IMG/VR virus record: IMGVR_UViG_3300037408_000251
Reading direction: 5' to 3' (one strand)
Source of the DNA: a virus
Length of the DNA: 35,778 bases
Shown: piece by piece, positions 5,348 to 14,180 of the stretch
Layout: every line of letters starts with the position of its first letter
How positions within the stretch are numbered: the stretch's first letter is position 1
Program-made: the position numbers and the translations under genes
The notes under the pieces: model-generated
What the model saw: only the letters and a program-made list of their open reading frames with translations
What the model was told of the DNA's origin: nothing
Databases searched by the model: none

Positions 5348-7701
5348 CCAACTACGACAGCGTGGTGCAGCAGCTCGAGGGCTTCGGGCTGATTCTGAGT
5401 GATACCAAGCCGCCTTCGCATGGGCTGCTGGTCGGGCATCACAAGCCAGTTCGATGCAAGACTGAAGATGACAAGCGCGAGTATCGCGGCTGGTATCGGC
5501 TGCATGAGGTGACGGGTAAAGACGGCAAGACAATGATCGTCGGCTCGTATGGCGCCTGGCATGGCAACGACAGCAACACACAGAAGGTCGAGATCGAGCG
5601 CGGGTCGCTATCCGCAGAGCAGTCAGCGGCGCTGAAAAAGCGCTTGGCAGAAGACCGAAAGATGGCCGAGGCTGCGCGCCGTGACGAAGCGGAGCGGGCC
5701 GCCAACGAGGCGGCGATGACGTGGCGAAATTACCTGCCGGGTGATGGGAAAAGCGACTACCTGACGCGCAAGGGCGTCGGCGCGCATGGGATACGCTGGG
5801 CGCCGTCTGAAAATGGCTGGTTTGCGATTCCGATGTGCGATCCGGCTGGCCGAGTATGGGGTCTGCAGATCATCCGCGGCAAGGATCGCGGCAACAAGCT
5901 GGAGAAGGAATACTTCCCGCGCGGCCTGGCGAAGAAGGGCCGATTCCACACCATCGGCGTCATCCGCGACATCGTGCTGATCGCCGAAGGCTACGCCACC
6001 GCGGCCACGCTGTACGAGGCGACCGGCCTGCCGGTGGTGGTGGCGTTCGACGCCGGCAACCTGCAGCCGGTAGCCGAGGCCATCAAAAAGACTTATAAGC
6101 GCGCGCGCATCCTGATCTGCGCCGACGACGATTACCTGACAGACGGCAACCCCGGCTGCAAAGCCGCCGAGACGGCCGCGCTGGCGGTGGGCGGGTCGTG
6201 GATCAAGCCCGAGTTCATCAGCGACCGGGCTGGCCGCAAGCTCACCGACTTCAACGACCTGGCCGTGCTCGACGGCGCCCAGGCGGTGCGGGTGCAGGTC
6301 GAGGCCGCGGTGGCCAAGATGGGCGGGCCGACCCCTGTGCTGGCCGGGGTTGCCCCTACCGAGGGGGGCGGGGAATGGATGCCGTCGCGCATCTCTATAG
6401 ATGACGCGGCGCAGCGCTACTGGGGCACCTATGGCCTCGGCGGGGATGTGCTGTTCGACGAGGTCGAGCGGCGCTTGGTACACAAGAAGGATGTGGTCAA
6501 CCTGCTGCCGCGGCACGGATGGGATTCGCTCAAGGATCACCCCGACTGGCGGGTGGCGCGCGATACCGAGATCGGCTTCGACCCGAGCGAGGCGGACAAG
6601 TCGGTGCGCTGCAACCTGTTCGGGCCGGGCTGGCCCACCGTGCCCAAGGCCGGAAGCTGCACCATGCTGCTGCAGTTGCTGGAATACCTGTGCGGCAACG
6701 AGCAGAACGACCGCGAGGTCTACTGGTGGATCTTGTGCTGGCTGGCCTACCCGATCCAGCATCGCGGCGCCAAGATGCACTCCGCCATCGTCGTGCATGG
6801 CCCGCAGGGCACCGGCAAAAGCCGCTTTTTCGAGGCATACGGCAAGATATTCGGGCCGTATTTCAGGGTGTTGGGGCAAGAAGCGCTCGAAGACAAGTTC
6901 AACGCCGACTGGGCCGAGAAAAAGCTGTTCATCCTCGCCGACGAAGTGCTGGCCAGGGCCGAGATGTACCACGTCAAGAACCGCCTCAAGGGATTCATCA
7001 CCGGCGACACCATCCGCGTCAACCCGAAGAACGTCGCCGCCCACACCGAGCGCAACTGCATGAACCTGGTGTTCCTGTCCAACGAACGCCAGCCGCTGGT
7101 GCTCGAGGGCGACGACCGCCGGCATTGCGTCATCTGGGTACCACCCAAGCCGGAAGAGGAATTCTTCGCCGCGGTCAACGAAGAGATCGACAACGGCGGC
7201 GTCGAGGCCCTGCACCACTACCTGCTCACACTCGACATCGGCGACTTCAAGCCGTGGACCAAGCCGCCCGTCACCCGCGCCAAGCAGGATCTGGTCGACC
7301 TGGGTACCAGCAGCGAAGAGCGCTTCGTGCGCGAGTGGATGGCCGGCGAGATCGACGGCGAATCCGGCCTGCCGCTGCCGTTCGTGCCGTGCCTCGGCTC
7401 GCACCTCTATGTCGCCTACGAGCGCTGGTGCGAGGCGCACGGCGAGCGCAAGCGAGGGCAAAAGGATCTGTTGAGCCTGGTCAGCAAGCTGCACGGCTGG
7501 CGGGCCGGCGAATCGTCGCCCACCTGGACCACGCTCAAGGACCACAAGGTCAAAAACCGCAAGATGGTCGTGCCACCCGACGCCGCGCTGACCGGATTCG
7601 CCACCCCTGGCGAGCTGCAGCGCGAGCGATTCGGCACCAAGGCCGAGTGGTTGACCGCGTGTTTTTTTGAATTCGAGCGCGCGATGGGGCTGCAGGAATG
7701 A
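5344..7701 (+). CDS. Bifunctional DNA primase/helicase (Toprim domain plus P4/D5-type SF3 helicase)
   Basis: 785 aa. Toprim-like VLIAEGYATAATLYEATGLPVVVAFDAGNL...ILICADDD. Walker A VHGPQGTGKS. Walker B KLFILADEV. Architecture is that of the phage/plasmid primase P4 family. Confidence 0.9.
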   Translation: MTNYDSVVQQLEGFGLILSDTKPPSHGLLVGHHKPVRCKTEDDKREYRGWYRLHEVTGKDGKTMIVGSYGAWHGNDSNTQKVEIERGSLSAEQSAALKKRLAEDRKMAEAARRDEAERAANEAAMTWRNYLPGDGKSDYLTRKGVGAHGIRWAPSENGWFAIPMCDPAGRVWGLQIIRGKDRGNKLEKEYFPRGLAKKGRFHTIGVIRDIVLIAEGYATAATLYEATGLPVVVAFDAGNLQPVAEAIKKTYKRARILICADDDYLTDGNPGCKAAETAALAVGGSWIKPEFISDRAGRKLTDFNDLAVLDGAQAVRVQVEAAVAKMGGPTPVLAGVAPTEGGGEWMPSRISIDDAAQRYWGTYGLGGDVLFDEVERRLVHKKDVVNLLPRHGWDSLKDHPDWRVARDTEIGFDPSEADKSVRCNLFGPGWPTVPKAGSCTMLLQLLEYLCGNEQNDREVYWWILCWLAYPIQHRGAKMHSAIVVHGPQGTGKSRFFEAYGKIFGPYFRVLGQEALEDKFNADWAEKKLFILADEVLARAEMYHVKNRLKGFITGDTIRVNPKNVAAHTERNCMNLVFLSNERQPLVLEGDDRRHCVIWVPPKPEEEFFAAVNEEIDNGGVEALHHYLLTLDIGDFKPWTKPPVTRAKQDLVDLGTSSEERFVREWMAGEIDGESGLPLPFVPCLGSHLYVAYERWCEAHGERKRGQKDLLSLVSKLHGWRAGESSPTWTTLKDHKVKNRKMVVPPDAALTGFATPGELQRERFGTKAEWLTACFFEFERAMGLQE

Positions 7702-7965
7702 AAAAACCACGGCAACCACGGCAGAAACCACGGGTGAAACCACGGGTGAAACCACGGGTGAAACCCGCGTGGTTAAGCCAAAACCACGGCAACCACGGCA
7801 GCGGCCCCTCGTACGCGCACATGAACGCGATGGATCAATCCGTACATGCATGCCTCGCGCGTATGTATATCTGCCGTGGTTGCCGTGGTTTAAGTGGTTT
7901 CAAAGGGTTACGGCATTTCTGGCGTGGTTTCACCCGTGGTTTTCCGGGTTTCTGCCGTGGTTTTT
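7702..7965. repeat. Iteron array: 7 perfect AACCACGG (forward) and 4 perfect plus 3 degenerate CCGTGGTT (inverted) octamers flanking a 69-bp core; putative ori and/or cos
   Basis: Forward copies start at 7705, 7714, 7726, 7738, 7750, 7782 and 7791. Inverted copies start at 7874, 7883, 7934 and 7955, with degenerate copies at 7767, 7893 and 7922. A 21-bp perfect inverted repeat pairs 7781..7801 with 7871..7891. Confidence 0.85.
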
Positions 7966-7994
7966 ATGACTTATCCACAAAAGGCGCTTAAAAA

Positions 7995-8627
7995 ATGAGC
8001 AAATTGGTCACGCAAGCCGAATTTGCCCGCATCTGCGGCGTCAACCGCAGCACCGTCCACAAGTGGATCGGCGCCGGCCGCATCCAGACCGAGCCGTCCG
8101 GCCTGATCGACCCCGAGGCGGCGATGCGGATGCGCGACGCCACCGAAAGCCCGATGCCGCACCACCAGGCGCGCAAGGCGCAATTTTCTGAGGCGAGGAT
8201 GGGGGAAGGTATCGACCAGGCCGAAAAAAACGCGCCACGGGCCGATTTTGGCGGGCAGGCAACGGCGGCAACTGGATATCGCAACAGCCAGCAACAGATC
8301 GACGCCATGCCCGCCGCGGAAAAGCTCGGCACCGCGCTCAAGCTCGAAACCTACAAGCTGCAAAAGGCCAAGGCCGAGCGCGAGAACATGGAACTCGACA
8401 AGCTGGCCGGCAGCCTGGTCGAACGCGCCGAGGTCGATTACGTCCTGGCCGACTTCGGCCTGAGCCTGCGCGGCCTGCTCGAAGGGCTGCCGGATCGCCT
8501 GGCCGGCGCGCTGGCGGCACACCGCGGCGACGTCAACGCCATCCACAAGGCGCTCGACGACACCGCCCACGACCTGCTCACCGAAATGAGCGAATTGATG
8601 AAACGCAAGATGGAGGCATTGTCCTGA
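7995..8627 (+). CDS. terS: Terminase small subunit, Nu1-like
   Basis: 210 aa. N-terminal HTH MSKLVTQAEFARICGVNRSTVHKWIGAGRI. C-terminal LQKAKAERENMELDKLAGSLVERAEV... as in lambda Nu1-type proteins. Lies upstream of a GpA-type large terminase. Confidence 0.8.
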   Translation: MSKLVTQAEFARICGVNRSTVHKWIGAGRIQTEPSGLIDPEAAMRMRDATESPMPHHQARKAQFSEARMGEGIDQAEKNAPRADFGGQATAATGYRNSQQQIDAMPAAEKLGTALKLETYKLQKAKAERENMELDKLAGSLVERAEVDYVLADFGLSLRGLLEGLPDRLAGALAAHRGDVNAIHKALDDTAHDLLTEMSELMKRKMEALS

Positions 8628-9835
8628 TGAAACTGCACGACCAGCTGCACACCCTGGCCATCGAAGGCCTGATCCCCTACGCGCGCAACAGCCGCACCCA
8701 CAGCGACGAGCAGGTGGCGCAGATCGCCGCCAGCATCCGCGAGTTTGGCTTCACCAACCCGGTGCTGGTCGACGAGGCGGGCGGCATTATCGCCGGCCAC
8801 GGCCGCGTGCTGGCCGCGCGCAAGCTGGGGCTGGAGCGCGTGCCGTGCCTGCGGCTGGAAGGCCTGACCGAAGCGCAGAAGCGCGCCTACGTCATCACCG
8901 ACAACAAGCTTGCGCTCAATGCCGGGTGGGACGAGCAGATGCTGGCCATCGAGATCAAGGAACTGCAGGGCCTGGAATTCGACCTTGGCCTGCTGGGGTT
9001 CGATGCCAGCGAGCTGGACGAACTGCTGGCGCTGGGCGATGCCACGCCGGAGGGGCAGACCAATGCCGACGCCGTGCCGGAGGTGCAGGCCGAGGCGGTG
9101 ACCAAGCCGGGCGACGTGTGGGTGCTGGGGCGGCATCGGGTGATGTGCGGGGATGCGACCGACGCCGGGACGGTGGCGCTGCTGATGAGTGGCACCGAGG
9201 CCGACATGCTGCACACAGACCCGCCATACGGAGTTGATTACGAAGGCGTGCCAAACGACCACTTAAAGGACGTCAACCTTGAAGCGTTTTTACTTGCTGC
9301 GCTTTCTTGTGCGTTTAACGTCTTGAAGTCAGGCAGCAACGCCTATGTGTGGCACGCAGACATTACGGCGTATGAATTCATCGGAGCATTCCGTGCAGCG
9401 GGGTTCAAGCAAGCCCGGCCTCCCACGATTCAATGGGTTAAGCCTTCGCTGACTATGTCTCAGGGTGACTATCACTCTCAAAATGAGCCATGTCTATTTG
9501 GGTGGAAGGAAGGGCCGGCGCGGGTCAGGGTGAAAGACCGAACGCAAACAACCTTATGGAATTGCGAGAGAACAACGGAGGCAAAAACCCACCCTACAAT
9601 GAAGCCGGTCGAGTTGTGCGTCAGGGCAATCATCAACAGCAGCAACCCAGGCGATACCGTGCTTGACCTGTTCAACGGCAGCGGATCGACGCTGATCGCC
9701 GCCGAGCAAACCGGCCGCCGCTGCTACGCGATGGAACTGTCGCCGCACTACGTCGATGTCGCCGTCCGCCGCTGGCAGCAGTTCACCGGCAAGACCGCCA
9801 CCCTCGAATCCACCGGCGAACCATTCCCCGGATGA
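8627..9835 (+). CDS. ParB-like nuclease domain fused to an N6/N4 DNA methyltransferase
   Basis: 402 aa. ParB/Srx-like N-terminus (IPYARNSRTHSDEQVAQIAASIREFGFTNPVLVD...GHGRVLAARKLG). Catalytic DPPY (HTDPPYGVDY). AdoMet motif FNGSGSTLIAAEQTGRRCYAMELSPHY at the C-terminus. Confidence 0.85.
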   Translation: MKLHDQLHTLAIEGLIPYARNSRTHSDEQVAQIAASIREFGFTNPVLVDEAGGIIAGHGRVLAARKLGLERVPCLRLEGLTEAQKRAYVITDNKLALNAGWDEQMLAIEIKELQGLEFDLGLLGFDASELDELLALGDATPEGQTNADAVPEVQAEAVTKPGDVWVLGRHRVMCGDATDAGTVALLMSGTEADMLHTDPPYGVDYEGVPNDHLKDVNLEAFLLAALSCAFNVLKSGSNAYVWHADITAYEFIGAFRAAGFKQARPPTIQWVKPSLTMSQGDYHSQNEPCLFGWKEGPARVRVKDRTQTTLWNCERTTEAKTHPTMKPVELCVRAIINSSNPGDTVLDLFNGSGSTLIAAEQTGRRCYAMELSPHYVDVAVRRWQQFTGKTATLESTGEPFPG

Positions 9836-11685
9836 ATCCCGCGCGCCGCTCCACCCACCCCATCCCGCACGCGCGCCGGCATTTCTACGAGGTGCTGCAG
9901 CGCAACGTGCGCCCGCGGCCACTGACCACCGTGTCGGCCTGGTCGGACAAATACCGCATCCTCACCAGCAAGGGGTCCGGCGAGCCGGGGCAGTGGCGCA
10001 CCGAGCGCACGCCCTACCTGCGCGAGATCCTCGACCAACTGTCGGCCAACTCGGCGACGCAGCGCATCGTGCTGATGTTCGCGGCGCAGCTCGGCAAGAC
10101 CGAGGTCGGGCTGAACTGGATCGGCTACGTCATGCAGCATTCCCCGGCGCCGATGCTGGTGGTGCTGCCGACGCTGGAGGTGCGCAAGCGCTGGGTGCGG
10201 CAGCGGCTCGACCCGCTGTTGAACGAAACGCCGGTGATCCGCAGCCTGTTCGACGCGCGGCGCGCGCGCGATGCGGGCAACAGCGAGGACATGAAGGACT
10301 TCCCCGGCGGCATGGTGGTGATCGGCGGCGCCAACTCGCCGGCCAGCCTGGCGTCGATGCCGATCCGCTATGTGCTGTGCGACGAGGTGGACCGCTTCCC
10401 GTGGGAAGTGGGGCAGGAGGGCGATCCGCTCGGCCTGATCGACGAGCGCACCAAGACCTTCCCGCGGCGCAAGGTGCTGCTGGTGTCGACGCCGACGGTC
10501 AAGGGCGCCAGCCGCATCGAGGGCGAATACGACAAGTCGGACATGCGCGAATTCCATGTGCCGTGCCCGCACTGCGGCGAATACCAGGTGCTGCGCTGGC
10601 GCCACGCCGACGGCGGCTACGGCCTCACCCATCACGAGGCGACCGGCGCCGTGTTCTACACTTGCCGCGAGTGCGGCGCGCGCATCGACGAGCACCACAA
10701 GCCCGACATGCTGGCGCGTGGCCGCTGGATACCGCGCCACCCCGAGCGCAGCACGCGCGGCTACTGGCTGTCCGGCCTGTATTCGCCCATCGGCCTCGGC
10801 TTCACCTGGGCCGAGCTGTGGAGCAAGTGGCAGGACGCACACGGCGACACCGCCAACCTCAAGCGCTTCATCAACACCACCCTGGGCGAATCGTGGGAAG
10901 AGCAGGGCGACAACATCGACGACCTGGCCCTGATCGCCCGCCTCGAGGAATACCCAGAGCGGCCGCCCATCGCGCTCATCACCGCCGGCGTCGACGTGCA
11001 GAAGGACCGGCTGGAAGTCACCGTCGACGGCTGGGCCGCGGGCGAAGAATGCTGGACGCTCGACCACATCATCCTGCCCGGCGATACCGCGCGCGGCGAC
11101 GTGTGGGACGACCTGCACGAAGCCCTGACCGACGCCGGGGTGCAGATGGCCGCCATCGACAGCGGATACAACACCAGCATGGTCTACGCCTTCGTGGAAA
11201 AGCGCCGCTGGTGCGTCGCGGTCAAGGGCATCACCGGCATGGGCAGGCCGCTGATCGAAGACGAAAAGAAACGCCGCCAGCGCCTGCGCAACCGGCGCAA
11301 GAAGGCCGCGCACGTCGAGCCGATCGGCGTCGACCAGGGCAAGGCGCTGGTCTATTCGCGGCTGAAGAACATCGTGCCGGGCGCCGGTTACGTCCACTTC
11401 CCGCGCGACCCGGCGTTCGACGATGAATACTTCGCCCAGCTCGCCGCCGAAAAACTGGTGACCAAGATCAAGGGCACCCGGCCGTTCCAGGAATGGGTGC
11501 AAAGCCGGCCGCGCAACGAGGCGCTCGATTGCAAGGTGTATTCGATGGCGGCGATGCGCCTGGCCAATAAGGACTTGAACCGGCCGCTGCCGCAAACCGC
11601 CGACGGCACCCCCCAACCCGACACCCCGCGCCGGCCGGCCTTGCCAAAGGGCGTCGGCGGCGGCATCAAGCGGCGCGGGTGGTAG
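9832..11685 (+). CDS. terL: Terminase large subunit, lambda GpA family
   Basis: 617 aa with WSDKYRILTSKGSGEPGQWRTERTPYLREILD, FAAQLGKTE (Walker A-like) and the CPHCG...CRECG zinc-ribbon typical of GpA-type terminases. Confidence 0.9.
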   Translation: MNPARRSTHPIPHARRHFYEVLQRNVRPRPLTTVSAWSDKYRILTSKGSGEPGQWRTERTPYLREILDQLSANSATQRIVLMFAAQLGKTEVGLNWIGYVMQHSPAPMLVVLPTLEVRKRWVRQRLDPLLNETPVIRSLFDARRARDAGNSEDMKDFPGGMVVIGGANSPASLASMPIRYVLCDEVDRFPWEVGQEGDPLGLIDERTKTFPRRKVLLVSTPTVKGASRIEGEYDKSDMREFHVPCPHCGEYQVLRWRHADGGYGLTHHEATGAVFYTCRECGARIDEHHKPDMLARGRWIPRHPERSTRGYWLSGLYSPIGLGFTWAELWSKWQDAHGDTANLKRFINTTLGESWEEQGDNIDDLALIARLEEYPERPPIALITAGVDVQKDRLEVTVDGWAAGEECWTLDHIILPGDTARGDVWDDLHEALTDAGVQMAAIDSGYNTSMVYAFVEKRRWCVAVKGITGMGRPLIEDEKKRRQRLRNRRKKAAHVEPIGVDQGKALVYSRLKNIVPGAGYVHFPRDPAFDDEYFAQLAAEKLVTKIKGTRPFQEWVQSRPRNEALDCKVYSMAAMRLANKDLNRPLPQTADGTPQPDTPRRPALPKGVGGGIKRRGW

Positions 11686-11958
11686 ATGCCCACCCTGCGC
11701 GAGATCCTCGTCGTGATCTGCCGCCACGCCGAGGCGCACCACGACGGCAGCATCGGCGAGCAGTGCGCGCGCGAGTGGGAGGCGATGATCCGCAAGTCGT
11801 GGCCCGGCGAGCGGGTTTACATCGCGCCGCCCGACAGCCGCCGCGACCCGGAGCGCGCCGAAAAAATCCGCGAGGCGGCCAAGCGGCTGCCGACCGGCGT
11901 CACTGCGGAGCGCTTCGGGGTCAGCCGCAGCTACGTCCACCGCATCCTCAAAAAGTGA
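11686..11958 (+). CDS. Mor/C-like transcriptional activator (small C-terminal HTH protein)
   Basis: 90 aa: ...WPGERVYIAPPDSRRDPERAEKIREAAKRLPTGVTAERFGVSRSYVHRILKK. This matches the Mor-family pattern (G-x-x-hYIP, R-x-x-I, C-terminal HTH). Confidence 0.6.
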   Translation: MPTLREILVVICRHAEAHHDGSIGEQCAREWEAMIRKSWPGERVYIAPPDSRRDPERAEKIREAAKRLPTGVTAERFGVSRSYVHRILKK

Positions 11959-12007
11959 CCAAGCCGGCCGCATAAGTTCACAAGCCGCCGCTAGTCTGGC
12001 GGCATGG
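11950..12007 (+). promoter_or_regulatory. Conserved 58-nt element, copy 1 (candidate activator-dependent late promoter)
   Basis: The 32-nt block AAAAAGTGACCAAGCCGGCCGCATAAGTTCAC and the 17-nt block CTAGTCTGGCGGCATGG are identical to 22603..22634 and 22644..22660. TAGTCT lies 6 nt before the ATG. Confidence 0.55.
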
Positions 12008-12552
12008 CTTTCACCGTACCGACGACCGAACCGACCGCGCTGCGCGCAGGCGATACCTGGGCCTGGCGCCGCGAGGATCTGGGCGACTATCCGGCGTCCG
12101 TGTGGACGCTCAACTATCATTTCCGCAACGCATCCAGCCATTTCGACATCGCCGCCACCGCAGACGGCGACGCCTTTGCGGTATCGGTAGCCTCCGCCAC
12201 CACCGCCACCCGCCCGCCGGGCTGGTATGACTGGTTCGCGCTGGTCACCGACGGCACCAGCCGGCACTACGTCGCCGAGGGTCGATGCGAAGTCACCCCA
12301 GACATTGCCAACCCGGTGCCCTACGACGGCCGCACCTGGGCGCGCCGCATGCTCGACTACGTCGAGGCCGCGCTGGAATCCCGCGCCAGTTCCGACCAAC
12401 TCGACGTGATCGAAGCCGCGCTCGACATGCGCAAGATCAAGCGCGGGGAAGGCGGTTTAAGCAAGTTCCGCGACCAGCTCAAGTCCGAAGTGCTGGCTGA
12501 ATCCCGCGCCGCGCGCGGCGTGAAGTCGAACCGCATACTGGCGGTGGGGTGA
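12004..12552 (+). CDS. Head-associated protein in the gpW position (beta-rich N-domain plus gpW-like C-terminal segment)
   Basis: 182 aa lying between the large terminase and the portal. The C-terminal RRMLDYVEAALESRASSDQLDVIEAALDMRKIKRGEGGLSKFRDQL loosely resembles lambda gpW. The assignment is positional. Confidence 0.6.
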   Translation: MAFTVPTTEPTALRAGDTWAWRREDLGDYPASVWTLNYHFRNASSHFDIAATADGDAFAVSVASATTATRPPGWYDWFALVTDGTSRHYVAEGRCEVTPDIANPVPYDGRTWARRMLDYVEAALESRASSDQLDVIEAALDMRKIKRGEGGLSKFRDQLKSEVLAESRAARGVKSNRILAVG

Positions 12553-14180
12553 TGGAAGCGACCATTCTCGACATCGTCGAACTCGGGCCGGTGCGGGTAG
12601 CCGGAAAAAACCACGTCCCGCCGCCGAGCAAGCCGGTCAAAAACTGGCACGAGATCCAGCGCCGCGCTGCCAAGCCGCCGCGCGTTCTGGCCGCGCTGAA
12701 AGAACGCCGCATGCGTGCCGGATACGATGCCGGCAACATCAGCCGCATCAACTCGCAATGGGCGATCAGCACGCTGGACGCGAACCGCGAGCTGCAGCAC
12801 AGCCTCGTCAATCTGCGCGCACGGTCGCGCGAACTCGAACGCAACGACCCCTATGCCAAAAAGTTTCTCGAAATGGTCGCGGGCAACGTCGTCGGGTCGA
12901 CCGGAATCAGCGTCCAGTCGCGTGCCGGCGACATCGGCCCGGCGCCGGACTTCAAGTTCATTCAGGACCGCGCCGCCAATGCCATTATCGAGCGCGAGTA
13001 CGCGGCGTTCTCCCGCACCGGCCAGTACGAAGTCACCGGCAAGCTGTCGCGCTCCGCGTTGGAGCGTCTGCTGGTGCGCACCGTGGCTCGCGATGGCGAG
13101 GCGCTGGTCAAGCACGTCACCGATCCGACCAGCCGCTGGGGAATCAAATACCAGCTGCTCGAAGCGGACTGGCTTGATGAAAAGCTGAACGAAGACCTGT
13201 CTAACGGCAACCGCATCATCATGGGCGTCGAGGTCGAACCGAGCGGAAAGGAAGTCGCCTGCTGGCTGCACGAAACACACCCCGGCGACAAAAAGCGCCG
13301 CAGCGGCCGCCGGGTTCGCTACAGCGCGAACGAACTCAAGCACTACTTCATCGCCACGCGGCCCGAGCAGGTGCGCGGCGTGCCGTGGATGCATGCCGCC
13401 ATGTCGCGGCTTTATCAGCTTGGCGAGTTCGACGCCGCGGCTATCCTCGCCGCGCGCCTCGGTGCCGACAAGTTCATGATGCTGGAGGATGCAGATGGCA
13501 TGGCCGCCGAGGTGGCCGATGGCGAACTGCAATCTGATGAAGACCGTGCCGGCGCGCTGTATTTCCAGAGCCAGAAGGGCAGCATCGACATCCTGCCGCG
13601 CGGCACCAAGATCGCCGACTGGGACCCGAACTATCCGAGCGACACCTACGGCCCGTTCGTGCTCGCCGCACTGCGCGGCGTGGCCAGCGGATTCGGCATC
13701 AGCTACGAAAGCCTCTCGAACGACCGCAACGGCGTGACCTGGACCAGCATCCGCCATGCCGTGCTGGACGAGCGCGACCACTGGCGCGCGCTGCAAAACT
13801 GGTTCATCGAGACCTACGCGTGGGATTCCTACACCGCATGGCTTGATTCCGCCCTGCTATCGCCGCATCGCCCGCTTTCCTACCTGCCGCCGGCCAAGCG
13901 CGACAAGTTCCTCGCGCCGCAATTTCATGGACGCCGCTGGGACTGGGTCAACCCGAAAGACGACATCGAAGCCAAGGCCGAATCGCTCCGACTGCGACTG
14001 ACCAGCCACCGCCGCGTGCTGGCCGAGCAGGGCATGGACCTGGAGGAAGTGCTGGCAGAGATTCAGGACGACGCCGCGCTTGCTTCGCAATACAACATCG
14101 ATCTATCGGCCGGGCTGTTCAAGCAGCAGCAGGCGCCGCAACCAATCAAGCAGGAGCCGCCCAATGAAGAAATGGTATGA
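12552..14180 (+). CDS. Portal protein, lambda family
   Basis: About 542 aa with YDAGNISRINSQWAISTLDANRELQHSLVNLRARSRELERNDPYAKKF, typical of lambda-type portals. A GTG at 12549 is an alternative start. Confidence 0.9.
   Translation: MEATILDIVELGPVRVAGKNHVPPPSKPVKNWHEIQRRAAKPPRVLAALKERRMRAGYDAGNISRINSQWAISTLDANRELQHSLVNLRARSRELERNDPYAKKFLEMVAGNVVGSTGISVQSRAGDIGPAPDFKFIQDRAANAIIEREYAAFSRTGQYEVTGKLSRSALERLLVRTVARDGEALVKHVTDPTSRWGIKYQLLEADWLDEKLNEDLSNGNRIIMGVEVEPSGKEVACWLHETHPGDKKRRSGRRVRYSANELKHYFIATRPEQVRGVPWMHAAMSRLYQLGEFDAAAILAARLGADKFMMLEDADGMAAEVADGELQSDEDRAGALYFQSQKGSIDILPRGTKIADWDPNYPSDTYGPFVLAALRGVASGFGISYESLSNDRNGVTWTSIRHAVLDERDHWRALQNWFIETYAWDSYTAWLDSALLSPHRPLSYLPPAKRDKFLAPQFHGRRWDWVNPKDDIEAKAESLRLRLTSHRRVLAEQGMDLEEVLAEIQDDAALASQYNIDLSAGLFKQQQAPQPIKQEPPNEEMV

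Noticed and set aside
5623-7851. 742-aa ORF on the minus strand, antisense to the primase-helicase gene
   Set aside because: This is a shadow ORF typical of high-GC DNA. The product is low-complexity and Arg/Ala/Gly-rich. The plus-strand frame carries clear Toprim and Walker motifs and a proper GC3 bias.
7702-7965. Possible CRISPR array, given the short repeated units
   Set aside because: The repeats are only 8 nt, are irregularly spaced and lie in both orientations. There are no spacer-sized unique inserts and no cas genes. The same applies to the 66-nt HxH repeats at 21487..22224, which are in-frame coding repeats.
7667-7991. ORFs translating as MKKPRQPRQKPRVKPRVKPRV... and ...TTAETTGETTGETTGET... 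across the iteron region
   Set aside because: The periodic peptide simply reflects the 12-nt spacing of the AACCACGG repeats. There is no SD, and the region is better explained as a protein-binding DNA array.
9748-12399. 883-aa minus-strand ORF opposite the large terminase
   Set aside because: This is a GC-rich antisense artefact. The plus strand encodes a recognisable GpA-type terminase and the Mor-like gene with coupled starts and stops.
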